Part shown: positions 57,070-64,000 of the stretch, piece after piece | Numbering within the stretch: position 1 is the stretch's first letter | Layout of the letters: the number at the start of each line of letters is the position of its first letter | The notes under the pieces: model-generated | The model's database searches: none | What the model was told of the DNA's origin: nothing | What the model saw: only the letters and a program-made list of their open reading frames with translations | Assembly (NCBI GenBank): GCA_951406725.2 | Contig: OX597824.1 | Span: 83,328,001-83,392,000 of the forward strand | Direction: 5' to 3' | From: Octopus vulgaris | Taxonomy: Eukaryota | Length of the DNA stretch: 64,000 bases | Position numbers and translations under genes: made by a program

Positions 57070-57500
57070 AGAGGAAGATATGCAATGATATACATATGGA
57101 TGATACTGGAAGGTCTAACTCCCAACTTTGGAATTAAAATCTATACCAACCACTAAACAGGACAGCACTGCATACTACCAAAGATACCATCTTCTTCATC
57201 TCAGATAAGGACCCAGTATTGCAACAGCTTGGGTTTCAGGAGATCATAAATGTTTAACATCCTATCAAGGAACCTAAGAAATCTGCAAGATGTAGATGTG
57301 GAAACCTTCAAAATGCACCCAGACATATTTTTATCTGAAATCCCAGATGAGCCCTCATTATGGCAAGCGGCACAAAGAAGAGCAGTTTCAATCTCGCTTC
57401 TTCACCAAAAACAGTACCAAAAGGAGACCCAGAATCGCTGAAAAGAAGTGCTCCACCATGGCCCCAACCTCTGGCTGGAACCAATACAAGAAAAGAATAA
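57070..57500 (+). mobile_element. Decayed CR1/Jockey-group LINE 3' end
   Basis: YAMIYIWMILEGLTPNFGI, YCNSLGFR and FNILSRNLRNLQDVDVETFK...IPDEP across broken frames; A-rich tail near 57490. Confidence 0.6.
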
Positions 57501-57719
57501 AATAATATATACACATACATACATAAATATATACATATATATATATACATATACATATATATATATACATATATATATATTTATATAATATATTAAATTA
57601 GAGATAAAACCACTATTAGGCAAATCATACAATGAAAAACTTAAGCCAATACATAAGATTATTTAATTTATATTATTTAAATATATAACAAAATTATTAA
57701 AAAAATATAATTAATATAA

Positions 57720-57783
57720 CACTACGATGGTTTCATGGCTGTTAATTTCTTTAAATTTTCGAGTTACAGTCATTCATCAGGTG
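57720..57783 (-). ncRNA. Minimal hammerhead ribozyme motif (left arm of the same inverted repeat)
   Basis: Reverse complement of 57836-57899, except the stem III loop reads CATC instead of the palindromic GATC (position 57729). Confidence 0.75.
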
Positions 57784-57835
57784 GTTTAAATATTTAACTT
57801 GGCGAGGTTTCAATCGCCAAGTTAAATATTTAAAC

Positions 57836-57899
57836 CACCTGATGAATGACTGTAACTCGAAAATTTAAAGAAATTAACAGCCATGAAACGATCGTAGTG
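57836..57899 (+). ncRNA. Minimal type I hammerhead ribozyme motif (right arm of 210-bp inverted repeat)
   Basis: CAC(57836-38)-CTGATGA(57839-45)-stem II ATGACTGT/ACAGCCAT (7 of 8 paired, 23-nt loop)-GAAAC(57885-89)-GATC palindrome-GTA(57894-96)-GTG. Core intact; stem I is CAC/GTG; predicted cleavage after A57896. Confidence 0.8.
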
Positions 57900-58071
57900 T
57901 TATATTAATTATATTTTTTTAATAATTTTGTTATATATTTAAATAATATAAATTAAATAATCTTATGTATTGGCTTAAGTTTTTCATTGTATGATTTGCC
58001 TAATAGTGGTTTTATCTCTAATTGATTCAATCCTTAATCTGATTTTTCCCTGTAAGTTTGGATTTATTCCC

Positions 58072-58151
<80 letters not shown>

Positions 58152-58155
58152 TATA

Positions 58156-58221
<66 letters not shown>

Positions 58222-58263
58222 TATAAGAATGTGCATTGTCTGCTTAATTGAAAAATTCTATAT

Positions 58264-58349
58264 GTGGCTGAAGATTGCTCGTCATTTTAAAACTGATGTA
58301 ATACTTACAGGCTTTAATAAAATGAAGTAGCATGAAACAACTGTACTAC
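58264..58349 (+). ncRNA. Diverged hammerhead motif related to 55694-55782
   Basis: GTGG-CTGAAGA(58268-74)-TTGCTC...-GAAAC(58334-38)-AACT-GTA-CTAC. The downstream GGATATCC(T)TGTT(G/A)CTTATTTTGA flank is shared with the 55.7-kb copy in opposite orientation. Confidence 0.55.
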
Positions 58350-58478
58350 TCTACCTTGGATATCCTTGTTGCTTATTTTGATTATAATCACCTCATTTGA
58401 TTTATATGGATAATACCATACAAAATTCTGGTGCCTTTAACTTAAGTACCATATTCATCTGAATCTAAATTTTGCTGA

Positions 58479-58554
<76 letters not shown>

Positions 58555-58647
58555 TAAGAAAATGGAGGAAAAATAACAAATTGAAGTGTATGTTTGGTGT
58601 TAAAAAGCCATTATTTAATTAGTTAAGCAAGGTGAAGGTAAGAGTGA

Positions 58648-58724
58648 GTTTACAGCTGTTTCTGTGTACCACGTTGAGGTAAATATGTATTTACCTAGTT
58701 GCAAATGGTAGACATCATCAGAAC
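58648..58724 (-). ncRNA. Minimal hammerhead ribozyme motif with extended stem II
   Basis: Minus strand: GTT-CTGATGA-TGTCTACCA...TGGTACACA (8 of 9 paired; the loop contains an AGGTAAAT/ATTTACCT hairpin)-GAAAC-AGCT-GTA-AAC. Core intact, palindromic stem III, stem I GTT/AAC. Confidence 0.8.
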
Positions 58725-58831
58725 GAAGAAGGCAGAGATAGACAAAGAGGAGAATAGAGGGAAAGATAGAGGGAGAAATCGGAAGAGAAGATGTTCAATA
58801 ATTCGAAAGTTTTACATTTTAGTTGGGTTCA

Positions 58832-59444
58832 AGGATCTTTTCCTTTTGAACGGCAGATGTCAACACAATTTCTAGTTAACTAAACACTTTTAAACTTTGT
58901 ATACTGGTAGAATGTGTTTATAAAACATCATTTTCACATAGTTTTATTGAGAAAATTCTATAGTTTGTAAGATATTTCGTCTGAAAATCCGAGCATTTCG
59001 GCAATTTTAACCAATCAATTACCTCCATTCAACTAAAATCATTTGCTGCGTCTAAAACTGAGACAACATCCTGTAACTAACCCTAAACCTCCCCCTAACC
59101 CTAAATTTTTTTTTCTTAATTGTTTAAATTAATTTAATTCCATTGCTTTAGTTTTTTTTACACGCGTAACAATTAAATTAATTTAACAATTAAGAAAAAA
59201 AATTTAGGGTTAGGGTTAGTTACAGGATGTTGTCTCAGTTTTAAACGCAGCAAATGATTTTAGCTCAAAAGAGAGCATAGGATTGGTTAAAAATTCGAAA
59301 AATTAAACTACATTAAACAAATTACAATTTTCTCAAGAAAGCCAAGAGGAAAAAATGTTTTATTTTGACACATTCTACCAGTATACGAAGTTTTAAAGTG
59401 TTTAGTTAACTAGAAATTGTCTGCCTTCAAAAATAAAAGATCCT
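58832..59444. mobile_element. Fold-back MITE (whole-element palindrome) with internal TTAGGG-type repeats
   Basis: Ends AGGATCTTTT / AAAAGATCCT; long arms (CAATTTCTAGTTAACTAAACACTTTTAAACTT and its near-complement); direct repeat GGTTCA at 58826-31 and 59445-50. A truncated copy lies at 55908-56002. Confidence 0.85.
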
Positions 59445-59602
59445 GGTTCAAAGTTCATTAAATCCATTCTGAGGTAGATGAAGAATAAAGGTTGGTTGAA
59501 ATAAAATCTCGTAGTTAGTTATTAGCATGACTTTATTATTTTTTAAATATATTTATATATCGAGAAATATCTATATTGAGGCAGTGGAAAAGGGAGGTAA
59601 CT

Positions 59603-60707
<1,105 letters not shown>

Positions 60708-60983
60708 CTATACACTAACTGGGGTCTTTACTAAGAGATTTATCCCTTTAAAAGTATTATGTAGAAGATGATGTTCCAAGATTAACGAAAGTAGAGAAGT
60801 GAATCATGGTACATTAGTGGTTTGGATTAAGAGAAATTAAAACTGTAATTTTAGTTAAGATAGAGGTAGATAAATAAATAAAAATAAATATAATTTGTAC
60901 TTTGTCCATCCTTTTCAATTAAATGTACATAGAAGGACCCTTGAATCCTCCTTTGTAAATTTTAGGGAGCTAAATTGAGGGGA

Positions 60984-61014
<31 letters not shown>

Positions 61015-61022
61015 TGTATGTA

Positions 61023-61087
<65 letters not shown>

Positions 61088-61226
61088 GTGTGTGTATGTA
61101 TGCCTCATCTATTTTTTAATTATTATAAATCTTCCACTGAGGAGGGAGCCAGGCAAATTCACATTTGGAACTTGAGAAAGGTCTTGCCTATTTTTATGTA
61201 TGTATGTATGTATGTATGTATGTATG

Positions 61227-61257
<31 letters not shown>

Positions 61258-61339
61258 GTATGTGTGTATGTGTGTGTGTATGTATGTATGTATGTTTGTA
61301 TGTATGCATGTATGAATGTATGTAAGTATGTATGCATGC

Positions 61340-61710
61340 ATGTATGTATCATATGTCAAAAAACTTGTAAGACAATATCTGGACTTAAAAGACATATGCT
61401 AGTTCCCAAAAACATTCCTTCAAAATCAGATTCCAAAGGGCAAAGTTATAAAAGAAACTTGAATAATATCTGTTCTCTTGTGTTTTAAAACATGTCAGTC
61501 AGCAGCTGGTCTTAAAAGTTATCTAAGGGCTCATCAGCGGAGTGATTGTACTATGTGATGGCGCATGGTGTGTGTGTTGATGGGACAGCTATCAGCTCTC
61601 AAGATGAAGCAATCATGTATGTGTGTATGTATGTATGTGTGTTTGTATGTGTGTATGTGTGTGTGTGTATGTATGTATTATGTATGTATGTATGTATGTA
61701 TGTATGCATG
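61340..61710 (+). mobile_element. Probable LINE 3' end with two decayed C2H2 zinc fingers and a (TATG)n tail
   Basis: CIICQKTCKTISGLKRHMLV and, after a frameshift, C.LLCFKTCQSAAGLKSYLRAH, then a short UTR and ATGT repeats. A related end lies at 43470-43725 (GLNSHLRGH). Confidence 0.55.
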
Positions 61711-61818
61711 TGTGCATCTGTGCATGCATTTAAGCAAGCTACTTGAAAACACATCACCATTGTAATGAATGGAGGAAGCTTGGTCTACAATATTTGCAGA
61801 TGTGTATGTTTACCAAGT

Positions 61819-62124
61819 GTGGAGGCACATGGCCGAGTGATGAGAGCAGCAGACTCGCGGTCAAGGGATCGCGGGTTCGAATCTCAGACCGGGCGAGGTG
61901 TGTGTTTATAAGCGAAACACCTAAGCTCCACACGGCTCCGGCAGAAGGTAATGGCGAACTTCTGTTGACTCTTTCGCCACAACTTATTGTCACTGTTTCC
62001 TCCTGCATCTTGCAGCTCACCTGCGATGGACCGGCATCCCATCCAGGTGGGGAACCTATACGCCAAGGAAACCGGGAAACCGGCCCTTATGAGCCAGGCG
62101 TGGCTCGTGAAGGAACAAACAAAC
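61819..62124 (+). mobile_element. SINE family D (tRNA-like head), full length
   Basis: B-box GGTTCGAATCTC; 13-bp TSD ATGTTTACCAAGT (61806-18, 62125-37). Same subtype at 26146-26447 (minus) and 42971-43275 (plus). Confidence 0.92.
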
Positions 62125-63779
62125 ATGTTTACCAAGTAGAGTAGCCAACTATGTTAAGCTACAATAAAGAACATCAAAAACTTTATTGATATTTATTTAA
62201 GCGCACAAATTTTGATTCATTTCCTATAGATTATGATAGGTGCCTATATTAAATGCAGTTCAAAATTACATTTCTCTTACCTAAATGAAAATACAAAAAC
62301 AAGTATAAGAAAACATTTATTTTACCTTGATCAAAAGATTCTAATCTTTAAAATGATATTTGCCCTGGCTTTTTGCTGCCTTCAGAAAATCTGTATCATC
62401 TTTGATGTTTTTAGCGAATTCCAAGCAACTGTCTTTTATATTATAATATATGAGAAGTTCATTCTCAATTAATTCTACAGAGCATCGGGTGCAAGAGAAC
62501 TAGTATCCAACCGAATGAGCAACAAGTACTGGGCCTCACGATAATGTCACTAGCTGTATTGAATTTGAAAATAATAATTACTAATTATAATTTTTCACCA
62601 ACCATGACAATATTAAGTAAAAAGATACTATATTGCCCAACAAACAAACCTTCGAATGCCGCCACCCCGCTGGCTAAGCGAGCAGGCCAACAGAAGAAAG
62701 AGTGGAGAAGAAAGAGTGGTGAAAGAGTACAGCAGGGATCACCACCCCGCCGGAGCGTCGTGGAGCTTTTAGGTGTTTTCGCTCAATAAACACTCACAAC
62801 GCCTGGTCTGGAAATCGAAACCGCGAAATGTGAACTGAAATCGAAATGCTAGCACTTGAAAAGTTGGGCCTAATCAGTACATTCTTGTAACAATGTAAAA
62901 ATTATCATGTCTCGAAAGCACATTTTCAATTAATATTGTTATCTGATAATAACATGAAATATGGGTACTACTATTACAAGTTTTCTCACATAGATTTCAC
63001 TGTTCTTCTGGTATTTATAACAAATTATGGCTCGATTTTGCGAAGGGCCTCATCACTACTTTGTTGTATAATACGCCATATTTGTTTTGGTTCTTCTTCG
63101 TGAGTCCCAGTTCAGTTCAGACGGAGGTATTGCCTTTCCAAATGTCAAGCGGCACCTCCTTTCTTTCTCTATTGTTTTTTCTTTTCTTTTTCCTTGGTGG
63201 TGATTCTCATATTCAGTAACATAGTTTACGATTTTCTTGTTTTCCCAAAATGAGTACCTTTTTCTTTTTGAAATGGTGAATTGAGTGAGGCTAATTAGTG
63301 AGGCTAATTTTACGCCCTGGTCTGCGGTCTGCTGCTCTGTGCTTCTGGTCTTGTGCAGACTGCAGAGTTGACAGGGTTCCGGTTGATCCGATCAACGGAA
63401 CAGCCTGCTCGTGAAATTAACGTGTAAGTGGCTGAGCACTCCACAGACACGTGTACCCTTAACGTAGTTCTCGGAGATATTCAGCGTGACACAGAGAGTG
63501 ACAAGGCCGGCCCTTTGAAATACAGGTACAACAGAAACAGGAAATAAGAGGGTGAGAGAAAGTTGTGGTGAAAGAGTGCAGCAGGGATCACCACCATCCC
63601 TGCCGAAGCCTCGTGGAGCTTTAAGTGTTTTCGCTCAATAAACACTCACAACGCCCGGTCTGGGAATCGAAACCGCGAGTCCGCTGCCCTAACCACTGGG
63701 CCATTGCGCCTCCACTTACAAGAAGTAAATGCTTTTGAAATCGCATCTTGAGAGCAGGAAATTGAACTACCAGTCAAAA

Positions 63780-63891
63780 CGATTTCAAAATAAAGGACAA
63801 ATAGTGTCATTTCAAATTTTAATAAAAGACAAGGACAAACAGAGCTGAATAAAGGACTGTCCTTTGAGATAAAGGATGGTTGGCAACCCTA
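63780..63891. mobile_element. hAT-like transposon end
   Basis: Terminal TGGCAACCCTA with repeated AAAGGAC subterminal motifs; partner end not found. Confidence 0.45.
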
Positions 63892-64000
63892 TTACCGAGA
63901 GATGAGCTCACTTGTCACCAATGGATCCACATGTGTAGTGTATAAAATTGTCTGAGTGCACAGTGTTCTCAATGGCCAGCGATGGTCTTCCTATTACAAG

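Larger units (their letters stand above)
57596..58023. repeat. Near-perfect inverted repeat, 210-bp arms with 8-nt loop (Penelope-like terminal structure)
   Basis: 57596-57805 is the reverse complement of 57814-58023, with one mismatch seen (57729/57890). Loop GGTTTCAA; flanked by (TA)n tracts. Confidence 0.95.

Noticed and set aside
59078-59220. TTAGGG/CCCTAA repeats as an interstitial telomere
   Set aside because: Only 2-3 units placed symmetrically within a MITE's arms.
61345-61535. Host C2H2 zinc-finger gene
   Set aside because: No TGEKP linkers, frameshifted, lost His ligands, and followed by a (TATG)n tail; a LINE 3' end fits better.
61819-61890. tRNA-like sequences with A and B boxes
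   Set aside because: No complete cloverleaf seen; each continues into a SINE body, several with TSDs.

Overview
This is AT-rich eukaryotic DNA saturated with repeats. I found no intact protein-coding gene, rRNA, tRNA or CRISPR array. Nearly all ORFs in the supplied track are translations of microsatellites ((TA)n, (CA)n, (TATG)n, (TAGA)n, (GGT)n, (CAT)n, (AG)n) or of SINE copies. The repeat families and microsatellite density suggest a cephalopod, probably Octopus (inference, no search run). The window holds four recurring SINE families (here A-D, more than 50 copies or fragments), decayed LINEs (RTE, CR1/L2-like, R4/Dong-like with RLE endonuclease, Tx1/L1-like), non-autonomous Helitrons, hAT and piggyBac-like MITEs, and fold-back elements, often nested. 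The most notable signal is a set of minimal type I hammerhead-ribozyme motifs (CUGANGA-stem II-GAAAC-palindrome-GUH) in AT-rich, ORF-less segments next to (TA)n tracts. Eight such motifs lie in 52.0-60.0 kb, two of them in the arms of a near-perfect 210-bp inverted repeat; further degenerate or half motifs lie at about 17.0, 17.4 and 37.7 kb. This fits non-autonomous Penelope-like or retrozyme-like elements. Folds were checked by eye only, and boundaries are approximate unless a TSD or TIR is quoted.
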